The notes under the pieces: model-generated
The model's database searches: none
Told to the model about the DNA's origin: nothing
What the model saw: only the letters and a program-made list of their open reading frames with translations
Shown here: in pieces, positions 63,001-64,000 of the stretch
How positions within the stretch are numbered: the stretch's first letter is position 1
How the letters are laid out: each line of letters begins with the position of its first letter
Made by a program: the position numbers and the translations under genes
Assembly: GCA_030390025.1 (NCBI GenBank)
Contig: CM059431.1
Coordinates: 110,982,001-111,046,000 of the forward strand
DNA length: 64,000 nucleotides
Direction: 5' to 3'
Source of the DNA: Squalus acanthias
Lineage: Eukaryota

Positions 63001-64000
63001 AGGACACCTGTCAGTCACGAGTACACCGGTCTGTCACGAGTACACCTGTCACTCATCAGTACACTTGTCACTCACCAGTACACCTTTCAGTCAACAATTC
63101 TCCTGTTAGTCACCACGACCCCTGTCACTCAGCAGTACACCTGTCAATCACCAATACACCTTTCAGTCACCAATACACCTGACAGTCACCAATACACCTG
63201 TCAGTCACCAGGACACCTGTCAGTCACCAGGACAATTGTCTGTCGCCAGTACACCGGTCTGTCACGAGGACCCCTGTCTGTCACCAATACACCTGTCAGT
63301 CACCAGGACACCTGTCAGTCACCAGGACAATTGTCTGTTGCCAGTACACCGGTCTGTCACGAGGACCCCTGTCTGTCACCAATACACCTGTCCATCACCG
63401 GGACACCTGTCAGTCACTGGGACACCTGTCAGTCACCAGTACACCTGTCCGTCATCAATAAACCGGTCAGTAACCAGGACATTGTCAGTCACCAATACAC
63501 CTGTCAGTCATCAGGACAACTGTCAGTCACAAGTACACCCGTCAGTCACCAATACCCCTGTCAATCATCAACTTACCGAAAGTCACCAGTCCACTTGTCA
63601 GTCATCAGGACACCTATCAGTCATCATTACAGCTGCAATAACCAGGACACCTGCCAGTCACCAATGCACCTGTCAGTCACAAATGCACCTGTCAGTCACC
63701 AGTACACCTGTCAGTCACCAGTACAACTTTCAGTCACCAATACACCTGCCATTCACCAGTACATCTGTCAATCAACAGTAAACCTGTCAGTCACCAGGAC
63801 ACCTGTGAGTCACCAATTCACCTGACAGTCTCCAGTAAACCTGTCAGTCACTGGGACACCTGTCAGTCACCAGTACACCTGTCAGTCACCAGTACACCTG
63901 TCAGTCATCAGGACACCTATCAGTCATCATTACAGCTGCAATAACCAGGACACCTGTCAGTCAGCAATGCACCTGTCAGTCACAAATGCACCTGTCAATC
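60001..64000 (+). repeat. 19-bp satellite, more diverged, runs off the window end
   Basis: Same unit as 38345-47375 with more substitutions. Confidence 0.97.

Noticed and set aside
38552..63825. Many long Ser/Thr/Pro/His/Cys-rich ORFs (up to 463 aa) resembling mucin or zinc-finger repeats
   Set aside because: They are translations of the 19-bp satellite. All three + frames give the same rotating peptide (TPVSHQYTCQSPVHLSVT) with scattered stops, so no frame is preferred.

Overview
Repeat-saturated vertebrate genomic DNA, most likely from a cartilaginous fish (shark): it carries V-domain HE1-type SINEs, CR1/HER1-type LINEs with SGNH-esterase ORF1 and an LF-SINE-like copy. No host protein-coding gene is recognisable; there are only two weak candidate exons at 34.4-35.8 kb. 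The window holds three near full-length but mutated CR1 LINEs, many truncated CR1/L2 pieces, and two copies of a two-gene PIF/Harbinger transposon (DDE transposase plus a 3-exon Myb/SANT gene) with related MITEs and relics. It also holds five solo-LTR-like elements (four with clean TSDs), two Penelope-type terminal fragments (one with a minimal hammerhead ribozyme), and about 14 kb of a 19-bp satellite with a 2.4-2.7 kb higher-order repeat. The most notable signal is that all three divergent CR1s end ORF1 with an in-frame U_UUA_AAC slippery heptamer directly before the stop, with ORF2 opening in the -1 frame. This suggests a programmed -1 ribosomal frameshift producing an ORF1-ORF2 fusion. Family names come from recognition of motifs, not from database searches.
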